From the NCBI GenBank assembly GCA_004284765.1, contig NQJD01000022.1, positions 8,020-40,019 of the forward strand: DNA of 32,000 nt. Reading direction: 5' to 3'. This document shows, piece after piece, positions 7,428 to 15,583 of this stretch. A program made the translations under genes and the position numbers. The stretch's first letter is position 1. The number at the start of each line of letters is the position of its first letter. The stretch comes from Candidatus Electronema aureum (GTDB lineage: Bacteria > Desulfobacterota > Desulfobulbia > Desulfobulbales > Desulfobulbaceae). Below the pieces are notes generated by a model, which did not search any database, was not told where the DNA came from, and was given only the letters and a program-made list of their open reading frames with translations.

Positions 7428-8203
7428 AGATTATCGTCTGCATCAAGCAGGTGCCAGATGCCAAAGACGTGCGCCTTGATCCCAAGACCAACACCTTAGC
7501 CCGTGAAGGCGTGGCCGCGATCATGAATCCCTTTGACCGCCATGCCTTGGAAGAGGCGGTGCGGCTGAAGGAGCAGCTTGGCGGCACGGTGACGGCGTTG
7601 TCAATGGGGCCGCCGCAGGCGAAAGAGGTGCTGCTGGAGGCGATTTCCTGCGGCGCGGACGAGGGTGTGCTGGTCTCTGATCGGGCCTTTGCTGGCGCAG
7701 ACACTTGGGCGACTTCCTACACCCTTGCCAAGGCTGTGCAGTGCTTGGGCGCGTTTGATCTGATACTCTGCGGCAAGCAGGCGATTGACGGCGACACGGC
7801 GCAGGTCGGGCCGGGACTGGCGGCGCAGCTCAAGCTGCCCTATGTCACCTGTGTGCAAAAGACCCGCGAGGCCAGTGCTGCCGCGCTCCGGGTGGAGCGG
7901 ATGATGGATGACGGCTACGATGTGGTGCAGCTGCCGCTGCCTGCCTTGCTGACTGTGGTCAAGGACATCAACGAGCCACGGGTGTCCTCGCTGAAGGGCA
8001 AGATGAAGGCGAAGAAGGCGGAAATCCGGGTGCTTTCTGCTGCGGACATCAAGGCGGAGCCGCAGTGCATCGGCTTGGCTGGTTCGCCGACCAAGGTGGC
8101 GCGGGTGTTCTCGCCGGAGCCGCGCGGCAACCGGAAGATGTTCTCCGGCACAGCGGTGGAGCAGGTGACGCAGTTGGTGGCGGAGATTCAGGGGTATTTG
8201 TGA
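7424..8203 (+). CDS. etfB: Electron transfer flavoprotein beta subunit
   Basis: 259 aa, starting MKIIVCIKQVPD..., with LILCGKQAIDGDTAQVG. ATGA overlap with the preceding gene. Confidence 0.9.
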   Translation: MKIIVCIKQVPDAKDVRLDPKTNTLAREGVAAIMNPFDRHALEEAVRLKEQLGGTVTALSMGPPQAKEVLLEAISCGADEGVLVSDRAFAGADTWATSYTLAKAVQCLGAFDLILCGKQAIDGDTAQVGPGLAAQLKLPYVTCVQKTREASAAALRVERMMDDGYDVVQLPLPALLTVVKDINEPRVSSLKGKMKAKKAEIRVLSAADIKAEPQCIGLAGSPTKVARVFSPEPRGNRKMFSGTAVEQVTQLVAEIQGYL

Positions 8204-8397
8204 AAGAGCAGCTTGATTTTTCTTGGGAAGGCGCATTAGCTGATCTGAAAGATCAATATACCTCTGTGGAGTTGCAGCACGAGGCGATGCAGTGGAGGAT
8301 TGATGAACTTGATGCTGATGCTCGGAAGGGCGGCACAGAGTTGTTTATGCAGGACAAGCAGGCGAAGATTAGTTTGGAACACAAATTAAAAATGTGA
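8200..8397 (+). CDS. Small hypothetical ORF (65 aa), possibly a gene remnant
   Basis: GTG at 8200 overlaps the etfB stop (GTGA). The product is VKEQLDFSWEGALADLKDQYTSVELQHEAMQWR... The track ORF start at 8065 is an out-of-frame overlap with etfB. Coding status is uncertain. Confidence 0.3.
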   Translation: MKEQLDFSWEGALADLKDQYTSVELQHEAMQWRIDELDADARKGGTELFMQDKQAKISLEHKLKM

Positions 8398-8407
8398 GGG
8401 AAAAATC

Positions 8408-8677
8408 ATGCCAGAGCTTGCTACAACTAAAATGTCATCGAAAGGGCAAGTAATCATACCGGAAGAAATACGCAAGCGCCTTAACTTGAAAAGCGGCACT
8501 CAATTCGTTATTGTTGCCGATAAAGATGTTGTTGTTTTAAAAAACATTACGCCACCTTCAATGGACGAATTTGATACGCTCATCGCACAGGCGCGGGCGG
8601 CAGGGAAAGAGTCTGGCTTAAAAAAGAAGGATATTCAAGAAGCGATCATAAAGGCCAGAGGAACTGCCAAGAAGTGA
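8408..8677 (+). CDS. AbrB/MazE/SpoVT-family antitoxin
   Basis: 89 aa. SSKGQVIIPEEIRKRLNLKSGTQFVIV is the classic SpoVT/AbrB swapped-hairpin motif. The stop overlaps the PIN gene start (GTGA at 8674-8677). Confidence 0.8.
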   Translation: MPELATTKMSSKGQVIIPEEIRKRLNLKSGTQFVIVADKDVVVLKNITPPSMDEFDTLIAQARAAGKESGLKKKDIQEAIIKARGTAKK

Positions 8678-9084
8678 AGATAGTTCTTGACACCAATGTG
8701 TTTATATCTGCCATATTTTTCGGAGGTCAGCCAGCTAAGATTCTTCAAGCATGGAGAGACCGAAAAATTCAGATAGTGCTTTCAGAGGAAATTTTAAGCG
8801 AATATCATCGAATAGCGGAGGGACTATCGGAAAAATATCCTAAGATTGATATCGGGCGTTTTTTTGAGTTGTTGATTCATTACAGCGAGATGATTGAAAC
8901 GCAACATGTATCTGTTGCGGCTTGTGAAGATTCAGATGATGACAAGTTTCTTGCATGTGCGATTGCAAGCGGCAGCAAGCTGATAGTAAGCGGTGATAAA
9001 CATCTGTTGCATGTTTCTGGATATGAAGGGATTTCTGTGCTGAAGCCGAGAGAATTCGTTGATATTCATCTGAAAGAAATATGA
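8674..9084 (+). CDS. PIN-domain toxin (ribonuclease)
   Basis: 136 aa. KIVLDTNVFISA carries the first acidic residue. DSDDDKFLACAIASGSKLIVSGDKHLL matches the PIN toxin family that pairs with AbrB antitoxins. Confidence 0.85.
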   Translation: MKIVLDTNVFISAIFFGGQPAKILQAWRDRKIQIVLSEEILSEYHRIAEGLSEKYPKIDIGRFFELLIHYSEMIETQHVSVAACEDSDDDKFLACAIASGSKLIVSGDKHLLHVSGYEGISVLKPREFVDIHLKEI

Positions 9085-9150
9085 ATAAAAAATACCGTAT
9101 TATTTTTACCGGCACAGCAGCGGAGCAGGTGACGGAAATTAGAGGTATTC

Positions 9151-9960
9151 ATGAACAAGAAGATTGTTGATAATTTTTCAAAAAGGTATAGGTACAAGAA
9201 TGCTGAGGAAGTTGAAATCACTATCCGTGAGGATGCGCCTCAGGAATTCAGAGCCTTTCTCATCGAGTTATTATACGAGTTTGGTTTTACTCCGAGCAGA
9301 CTAAGAAAAATATTTTGTCTTGTTTTAAGACAAGTGCCAGATGAGGGCAATTGGTCTGAGTACCCAAATATTGATGGAGAAATCAGAGGATTATTGCGTG
9401 ATTGTGAGTGGTTTAAAGTTTATGACATCTTGGAAAAGATACTCCAAGATGATCGTTCTCATTTTAATCGAGATAAATTTACTACAGAGGTGAACAATTT
9501 CTTTATTGAGGAGGGGTACGGTTGGAAAATAAATCAATCTTTAATTGAAATGCGTGGAGATAGATCTTTTGAACTTATTGTAAAGTCAGCTAGTGATAAA
9601 TTAGCTGACGATCAATATAGTACAGCAAGCAAAGAATTATATCAGGCGTTAAAAGACTTATCAAGAAGACCTTCTTCAGATATAACAGGAGCTATTCAGC
9701 ATTCAATGGCTTCTCTTGAATGTGTTGCACGGGAAATTACCGGAGATCGAAAGGCAACTCTCGGCGAGATAATGAGTAAACATAAGGGGCTAATTCCAGC
9801 TCCTTTGGATGAAGCTGTAACAAAAGCATGGGGATTTGCTTCTGAGTATGGCAGACATATTAGAGAAGGTCGTGAGCCAGCCTTTCAAGACGCAGAATTA
9901 ATTGTCGGAATATGCTCATCTATTGGAAGTTATCTTTTAGGTTTAAAGAAAGCAAAATAA
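9151..9960 (+). CDS. AbiJ-NTD4-like protein with a HEPN-like C-terminal half (abortive-infection-associated family; assignment from memory)
   Basis: 269 aa, AT-rich. N-terminal FSKRYRYKN...EITIRED, central CEWFKVYDILEKIL and C-terminal ITGAIQHSMASLECVAREITG...WGFASEYGRHIREG match my recollection of the AbiJ_NTD4 family (FSxRxGY, WYxVYDFIE, GIRH). Not verified by search. Confidence 0.6.
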   Translation: MNKKIVDNFSKRYRYKNAEEVEITIREDAPQEFRAFLIELLYEFGFTPSRLRKIFCLVLRQVPDEGNWSEYPNIDGEIRGLLRDCEWFKVYDILEKILQDDRSHFNRDKFTTEVNNFFIEEGYGWKINQSLIEMRGDRSFELIVKSASDKLADDQYSTASKELYQALKDLSRRPSSDITGAIQHSMASLECVAREITGDRKATLGEIMSKHKGLIPAPLDEAVTKAWGFASEYGRHIREGREPAFQDAELIVGICSSIGSYLLGLKKAK

Positions 9961-10039
9961 TTTTATAACAAAGCAAGAAGTTAAATTCCATGGCAGCAAA
10001 TTTATCCGCAGTGCAATTCATACTGAATTTTATACTGTC

Positions 10040-11233
10040 ATGCTCATAGTTGACACCACCCTATGTATCGGCTGCGGAGTCTGCGAAGCCAACTGCGCCT
10101 TTGGAGCGATCATCCTCAAGGACGGCGTTGCCGTGGTCGGCGATGGCTGCAAGCTCTGCGGTTCCTGCGTGGACAACTGCGAACCCGGTGCCTTGCGCAT
10201 TGAAACCGCTGCCAAAGCCGCGCCAAGCGATCTGTCCGCGTGGTCTGGCATCTGGGTCTTTGCTGAAGCGCGGCACGGCGTGGTTGCGCCAGTGGCTTTT
10301 GAGCTGCTGGGCATCGGCAGAAAGCTGGCTGATCAGCGCGGCACTGCCTTGACCGCTGTGCTGCTGGGTGCCAGTGTCGAGAGCAAGGCCGCCGAGCTGA
10401 TCGCCGCAGGCGCGGACAAGGTGCTGCTCGCTGATGACCCCGCGCTTGCTCAGTACCGCGAGGACGTGTACGGCAAGGTGCTGGAGCATTTGATTCTTCA
10501 GCATAAACCTGAAGTGGTGCTGGCCGGAGCAACCGCCATTGGCCGCTCGGTCATTCCGCAGGTGGCGAATGTTCTTGGCGCGGGCCTGACCGCCGACTGC
10601 ACCGCTCTTGCCATCCGCGCCGAAGACGGCGTGCTGCTGCAAACCCGCCCGGCCTTTGGCGGCAACATCATGGCAACGATTGAATGCCCGCAAACCCGGC
10701 CTCAGATGGCGACGGTGCGGCCTAATGTCATGGCCCCGATTGTGCCAGATGCAGCCCGCAGCGGCGAGGTGATCAAAGTGCCGCTCGCGCCGGATCTGCT
10801 GGCCTCCAAGGTCGAAGTGCTGGAAACGGTGTTCAGTCAGGAGCAGCAGGCCAATATTCAAGAGAAGGAAGTGCTGGTCAGCGGCGGGCGCGGCTTGGCA
10901 AGCGAGAAAGGCTTTGCCCTGCTTCACGAGCTGGCGAGCGAGCTGAACGGCGCGGTGTCTGCCTCGCGAGCCGCTGTGGACGCAGGCTGGATCGGCTATC
11001 CCTGCCAGGTCGGCCAGACTGGCAAGACGGTCAGCCCGAAGCTCTACATCGCCTGCGGCATTTCCGGCGCGGTGCAGCACACGGTCGGGATGCAGTCCGC
11101 CGAAACCATCGTCGCCATCAACCGCGACGAAAAGGCCCCGATCTTCGACCTCGCCACTTACGGCTTGGTTGGCGATCTTTTTGAAATCCTTCCCCTGCTG
11201 ACGCAGAAAATCAGGGAGCAGCGCAGGCTATGA
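10040..11233 (+). CDS. etfA: Electron transfer flavoprotein alpha subunit with an N-terminal 2x[4Fe-4S] ferredoxin domain
   Basis: 397 aa. CIGCGVCEANC and CKLCGSCVDNC clusters lie in the first 50 aa. The ETF-alpha body follows, including the FAD-binding tail SPKLYIACGISGAVQHTVGM. The stop overlaps the fabG ATG (ATGA at 11230-11233). Confidence 0.9.
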   Translation: MLIVDTTLCIGCGVCEANCAFGAIILKDGVAVVGDGCKLCGSCVDNCEPGALRIETAAKAAPSDLSAWSGIWVFAEARHGVVAPVAFELLGIGRKLADQRGTALTAVLLGASVESKAAELIAAGADKVLLADDPALAQYREDVYGKVLEHLILQHKPEVVLAGATAIGRSVIPQVANVLGAGLTADCTALAIRAEDGVLLQTRPAFGGNIMATIECPQTRPQMATVRPNVMAPIVPDAARSGEVIKVPLAPDLLASKVEVLETVFSQEQQANIQEKEVLVSGGRGLASEKGFALLHELASELNGAVSASRAAVDAGWIGYPCQVGQTGKTVSPKLYIACGISGAVQHTVGMQSAETIVAINRDEKAPIFDLATYGLVGDLFEILPLLTQKIREQRRL

Positions 11234-11979
11234 CACTTGCAGGAAAAACAGCGTTAGTCACCGGCGGCAGCCGGGGCATAGGCCGGGCAATCTGCCTGCG
11301 CTTGGCCGCTCAGGGCGCGAATGTTGGCATCAATTACGTCAGCCGGGCCGCTGCTGCTGAAGAGGTTTTGGCGGAAATCACCGCTGCGGGCGGCAAGGGC
11401 TTTGTCATCGGTTTTGACGTGACCGACAGCGCGGCAGTGCAGAACGCGGTAAAAACAATTTCTGCTGACCACGGCGGAGTTGATATACTGATCAACAACG
11501 CAGGCATCACCCGCGACGGCCTGATGGCCCGGATGAAGGACGAGGACTGGGACGCAGTGCTGAACACCAATCTCAAGGGCGCGTTCACCTGCTCGAAAGA
11601 GGCGATGCGCGGGATGATGAAAAAACGCTGGGGCCGGATCATCAACATCAGCTCGGTGATCGGCTGCGTCGGCAACGCGGGCCAGGTGAACTACGCGGCG
11701 GCCAAGGCAGGGCTGATCGGCCTGACTAAATCAATGGCCAAAGAGCTGGCTTCGCGCAAGATCACGGTCAATTGTGTAGCACCGGGCTACATCGTCACTG
11801 ACATGACCACCGAGCTGCCGGAGGAGATCAAGGAGAGCATCCTTGCCGCCATTCCGCTTGGCAGCATCGGCCAGCCGGAGGATGTGGCCGATGCGGTCGC
11901 GTATCTCGCCGCTGAAGAAAGCGGCTATGTCACCGGCCAGACATTGCATGTCAACGGCGGCATGTACATGGGCAATTAA
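11230..11979 (+). CDS. fabG: 3-oxoacyl-ACP reductase
   Basis: 249 aa SDR. TGGSRGIGRAI, NNAG, and the NISS...YAAAKAG catalytic Ser/Tyr/Lys. Confidence 0.95.
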   Translation: MTLAGKTALVTGGSRGIGRAICLRLAAQGANVGINYVSRAAAAEEVLAEITAAGGKGFVIGFDVTDSAAVQNAVKTISADHGGVDILINNAGITRDGLMARMKDEDWDAVLNTNLKGAFTCSKEAMRGMMKKRWGRIINISSVIGCVGNAGQVNYAAAKAGLIGLTKSMAKELASRKITVNCVAPGYIVTDMTTELPEEIKESILAAIPLGSIGQPEDVADAVAYLAAEESGYVTGQTLHVNGGMYMGN

Positions 11980-12054
11980 GAATTACCGTTCGGAACGGCG
12001 GATTTCCGTCCGCAATTTTTGCATATCTCAACAAGAACTATCAGGAGAACGAGC

Positions 12055-12285
12055 ATGGCAGTTGCAGAGAAGATGATCGACATCATTGTGGAGCAGCTCA
12101 GTGTGGATAAAGAGAAAGTTGTTCCCAACGCCTCCTTTGTGGATGATCTGGGTGCGGATTCTTTGGATCAGGTTGAGCTGATCATGGCAATGGAAGAGGC
12201 TTTTGATATCGAAATCCCAGATGAGGATGCTGAAAAAATCAAAACCGTCCAGAGTGCCATCGATTATGTGGAGAAGCTCCAGTAG
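12055..12285 (+). CDS. acpP: Acyl carrier protein
   Basis: 76 aa. [18 protein letters not shown] carries the phosphopantetheine Ser. GGAGAA lies upstream of the ATG at 12055. The track start at 12019 is an extension. Confidence 0.95.
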   Translation: MAVAEKMIDIIVEQLSVDKEKVVPNASFVDDLGADSLDQVELIMAMEEAFDIEIPDEDAEKIKTVQSAIDYVEKLQ

Positions 12286-12296
12286 TAAGCAAGCAC

Positions 12297-12326
12297 GCAT
12301 CAGCAGGAGGTCTATCCTGCTGATGC
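12297..12326 (+). promoter_or_regulatory. Perfect 12-bp stem hairpin between acpP and fabF (partial terminator or mRNA stabiliser)
   Basis: GCATCAGCAGGA-GGTCTA-TCCTGCTGATGC. No U-tract follows. Confidence 0.6.
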
Positions 12327-12348
12327 CCGCCCTTCACTTCAGCACAGG

Positions 12349-13602
12349 ATGAGTGACGTGAAACAGCGACGGGTTGTTGTGACAGGAATTGGTCTGGTGA
12401 CTCCACTGGGCACCGGCACCGATAACACGTGGGAAGGACTGATGAACGGGCGCAGCGGCATCGGGCCGATCACCCGTTTTGATGCATCGGCTCATGCTGC
12501 GCAGATTGCTGCTGAGGTCAAAGATTTTACTCCGGAACGCTGGTTCGAGCCGAAGCAGGTCAAAAATCTCGACCTCTTTGTTCAGTACGCTGTGGCTGCT
12601 GCGGATATAGCCATGCAGGACAGCGGCTTGGAACTCAGCGAAGAACTGGCAGAGCGGGTTGGTGTGATCACTGGCTGCGGTATGGGTAGCCTGCCCACCA
12701 TCGAGGAATACCACTCGGTGCTGCTGGCTAAGGGGCCGCGCCGGATCACTCCTTTCTTCATCCCCAGGGTGATTCCCAACATGCCTTCCGGCCACATCTC
12801 CATGCGCTTTGGGGCCAAGGGGCCGAATCTTGCTCTTTCAACGGCCTGCGCCGCAGGCACTCACGCGGTGGGCGAGGCGTACCGCCATATTATTTTCGGT
12901 GACTGTGACGCAGCCATCACCGGCGGCGCAGAAGCGGTCATCTGCCCAATAGCGGTCGGCGGCTTTGCGGCAATGAAGGCTCTGTCCACCCGCAACGAGG
13001 AGCCGGAACGCGCTTCGCGGCCTTTTGACCGCGACCGCGACGGCTTCATCATGGCCGAAGGCGCGGGCATGATTCTGTTGGAGGAGTTGGAATCAGCACG
13101 AAAACGCGGAGCCAAGATCTATGCTGAGATCGTCGGCTATGGCCTGAGCAGCGATGCCTATCATATTGCCGCTCCGCCTGACGACGGCGACGGCGCGGCC
13201 CGCTGCATGAGGATGGCTCTCCGCAGCGCGGGCATGAACCCGGACGAGATTGACTACATCAACGCGCACGGCACCTCGACCCCGCTCAACGATAGCTGCG
13301 AGACTGCGGCGATCAAGACCGTCTTTGGCGATCATGCCTATAAGCTGGCGGTCAGCTCCACTAAATCAATGACCGGCCACATGCTGGGTGGTGCAGGCGG
13401 CATCGAGGCGGCTTTTACCGCGCTCACGTTGTATCATCAGTGCATTCCGCCAACCACGAATTACGAGAATCCTGATCCGGCCTGCGATCTGGACTATGTG
13501 CCGAACACGGCCCGCAAGATGCAAATCCGGGCGGCGATGTCCAATTCCTTCGGCTTCGGCGGCACCAACGGGGTCATCATCATGAAGCGGTTTGAGGGAT
13601 AA
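12349..13602 (+). CDS. fabF: 3-oxoacyl-ACP synthase II
   Basis: 417 aa. ALSTACAAGTHA (active-site Cys), NAHGTSTP, GHMLGGAG. Confidence 0.95.
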   Translation: MSDVKQRRVVVTGIGLVTPLGTGTDNTWEGLMNGRSGIGPITRFDASAHAAQIAAEVKDFTPERWFEPKQVKNLDLFVQYAVAAADIAMQDSGLELSEELAERVGVITGCGMGSLPTIEEYHSVLLAKGPRRITPFFIPRVIPNMPSGHISMRFGAKGPNLALSTACAAGTHAVGEAYRHIIFGDCDAAITGGAEAVICPIAVGGFAAMKALSTRNEEPERASRPFDRDRDGFIMAEGAGMILLEELESARKRGAKIYAEIVGYGLSSDAYHIAAPPDDGDGAARCMRMALRSAGMNPDEIDYINAHGTSTPLNDSCETAAIKTVFGDHAYKLAVSSTKSMTGHMLGGAGGIEAAFTALTLYHQCIPPTTNYENPDPACDLDYVPNTARKMQIRAAMSNSFGFGGTNGVIIMKRFEG

Positions 13603-13605
13603 GAA

Positions 13606-14031
13606 ATGAAAATTGCAGTGGGCAGCGACCACGGCGGCTTTGAGCTGAAGCAGCAGGTGGTGGAATTTCTGAGCAAGGCCGGGTACGAGGTTGAGTCCGT
13701 GGGCTGCTTCGATCTGGCCTCGGTGGATTATCCCGATTTCGCCGAAAAGGTCTGCGCTTTGGTGAAGTCAGGGGCCTGCGAGCGGGGCATCCTCATCTGC
13801 GGCACCGGCATCGGCATGTCCATCGCCGCCAACCGGCACCGAGACATCCGCGCCGCCCTCTGCCACGAGGCCTTCACCGCCCGCATGAGCCGCGAGCACA
13901 ACAACGCCAACGTCCTCTGTCTCGGCGCACGGGTGATCGGCCCGGAGCTGGCCTTGGAAATCGTGCGGACGTGGGTGGTGGCGGAGTTCGTGGGCGGCAG
14001 GCATCAGCGCAGATTGGATATATTGAGCTGA
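13606..14031 (+). CDS. rpiB: Ribose-5-phosphate isomerase B
   Basis: 141 aa. MKIAVGSDHGGFELK, ICGTGIGMSIAANR. Confidence 0.95.
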   Translation: MKIAVGSDHGGFELKQQVVEFLSKAGYEVESVGCFDLASVDYPDFAEKVCALVKSGACERGILICGTGIGMSIAANRHRDIRAALCHEAFTARMSREHNNANVLCLGARVIGPELALEIVRTWVVAEFVGGRHQRRLDILS

Positions 14032-14068
14032 TACGGGACTCCCGCTGTTTTCATTTTCAGAGAACTTT

Positions 14069-14099
14069 CGGCAGCCCTGCTCGGTGCTGCCGTTTTTTT
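14069..14099 (+). terminator. Rho-independent terminator after rpiB
   Basis: CGGCAGC, a 10-nt loop, GCUGCCG, then T7. It overlaps the TTG start (14084) of the track ORF, which argues for the ATG at 14141. Confidence 0.7.
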
Positions 14100-14140
14100 A
14101 TTTATCATCGCCGGGTTATGTTAAACCAAAGAGCATTGAC

Positions 14141-15583
14141 ATGGATAAAAAACTTGATATTCTAAAAAGTATAGATTTTGGTCAATCGGTAGCTGAACAG
14201 GAAGCCGAAAAGTTAGAGATGTATTTCGTTAAGACACGTCAATGGAATCAGGTATATAAAGATGAAATAGATATCGTTTATGGTCCTAAAGGAGCTGGTA
14301 AAAGTGCCATCTATTCTTTGATTGAAAAGTATGAACCGAGTTTTTTCCAAAAAAATATCGTGTTGATATTTGCTGAGAATCCAAGAGGAGCAACTGCTTT
14401 CAGCGATCTTGAAACAGCTCCTCCTTCTGATGAAAGATCATTTGTTAATTTATGGAAACTATATTTTCTTGTTTTAATAGGGGAACATTTTCAAATTTAT
14501 GGCACACAAACACTTAATGGTTCAGATGTATTAAACACGTTAACAGAAAGCGGATTGCTTCAAAAAGGAAATACTCTCAGGTCGATACTAGGTAAAATTA
14601 AGAATTATATTTATAAATATTTTAATCCTCAATCTTTCGAGCCGAATGTATCGTTCAACGAACAAACTGACAGCATGGCAAAAAATGGCGCAAAATCTGT
14701 GGACGCTCTTTTTCATAAAGCTAATAAGGAACTTAAAAAATCAGAATTTAAAATTTGGTTTCTTCTTGACAGGCTGGATGTCGCCTTCGCAGACTCTCCT
14801 GGATTAGAAGAAAACGCTTTGAGGGCTTTATTTAAAACGTACTTAGATTTAATGGGATTTGAAAATTTTAAAATAAAAATTTTTTTAAGATTAGATATAT
14901 GGAGAAAGATCACTAAAGAAGGTTTCAGAGAAGCTACTCATATTACCAAGTGCACAACTATAGAATGGGAAAGATCTTCCCTGCTTAATTTAGTTATCAG
15001 GAGACTATTAAATAATAATTTATTACTACGTTATTACAATATAGAAAAAGAAGAAGTATTATCGGATATCTCCTCTCAGGAGAAACTGTTTTATAAGATT
15101 TTTCCAAGAAAAATTGATATTGGAAAAAATCCAGACACGTTTGATTGGATATTAGGTCGTGTTGAAGATTCCCTCGGTTTATCCGCACCACGTGATATTA
15201 TCAATCTTATCAATGGTGCTATATCAGCACAGATAAAATCATTTGAATTAGGTGAAAATTCAACAGAAGAAACTGCTCTGTTCGGTCGAGCCAGTTTAAA
15301 GAAAGGTCTTGCTTATGCTTCAAGAGAAAAAACAGAAAAATATTTATTTGCTGAATATCCTTCTCTTCGAAAATATTTTGACTCATTGCGTGGTGGAAAG
15401 GCAACACAGACATTAACCTCGCTTTCATCTCTCTGGAATTGTTCTGAAAACGAAGCGGAACAAATAGCGGCACAGATCGTGCAGACAGGATTCTGGAAAA
15501 TTGAAAAGAAAGGACAGTCAACATACTGGATACATTTTATCTTTAGAGATGCTTTAGAGATTGTACAGGGTACCGCGAAATAA
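14141..15583 (+). CDS. Orphan P-loop NTPase (STAND/Sll1717-like architecture), function unknown
   Basis: 481 aa from ATG 14141. Walker [13 protein letters not shown], Walker-B-like [13 protein letters not shown], then [11 protein letters not shown]-terminal winged-helix-like segment. AT-rich: 18/60 G+C in line 14881-14940. Confidence 0.85.
   Translation: MDKKLDILKSIDFGQSVAEQEAEKLEMYFVKTRQWNQVYKDEIDIVYGPKGAGKSAIYSLIEKYEPSFFQKNIVLIFAENPRGATAFSDLETAPPSDERSFVNLWKLYFLVLIGEHFQIYGTQTLNGSDVLNTLTESGLLQKGNTLRSILGKIKNYIYKYFNPQSFEPNVSFNEQTDSMAKNGAKSVDALFHKANKELKKSEFKIWFLLDRLDVAFADSPGLEENALRALFKTYLDLMGFENFKIKIFLRLDIWRKITKEGFREATHITKCTTIEWERSSLLNLVIRRLLNNNLLLRYYNIEKEEVLSDISSQEKLFYKIFPRKIDIGKNPDTFDWILGRVEDSLGLSAPRDIINLINGAISAQIKSFELGENSTEETALFGRASLKKGLAYASREKTEKYLFAEYPSLRKYFDSLRGGKATQTLTSLSSLWNCSENEAEQIAAQIVQTGFWKIEKKGQSTYWIHFIFRDALEIVQGTAK

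Noticed and set aside
10015-10036. Short inverted repeat AATTCA-TAC-TGAATT and a TATACT box just upstream of etfA, as terminator and leaderless promoter
   Set aside because: The stem is only 6 bp with a 3-nt loop. No matching -35 lies at a sensible spacing. The evidence is too weak to call from sequence alone.
14084-14140. TTG-initiated N-terminal extension of the P-loop NTPase ORF
   Set aside because: The extension overlaps the stem and U-tract of the rpiB terminator (14069-14099). The ATG at 14141 (MDKKLD...) is the first plausible start.
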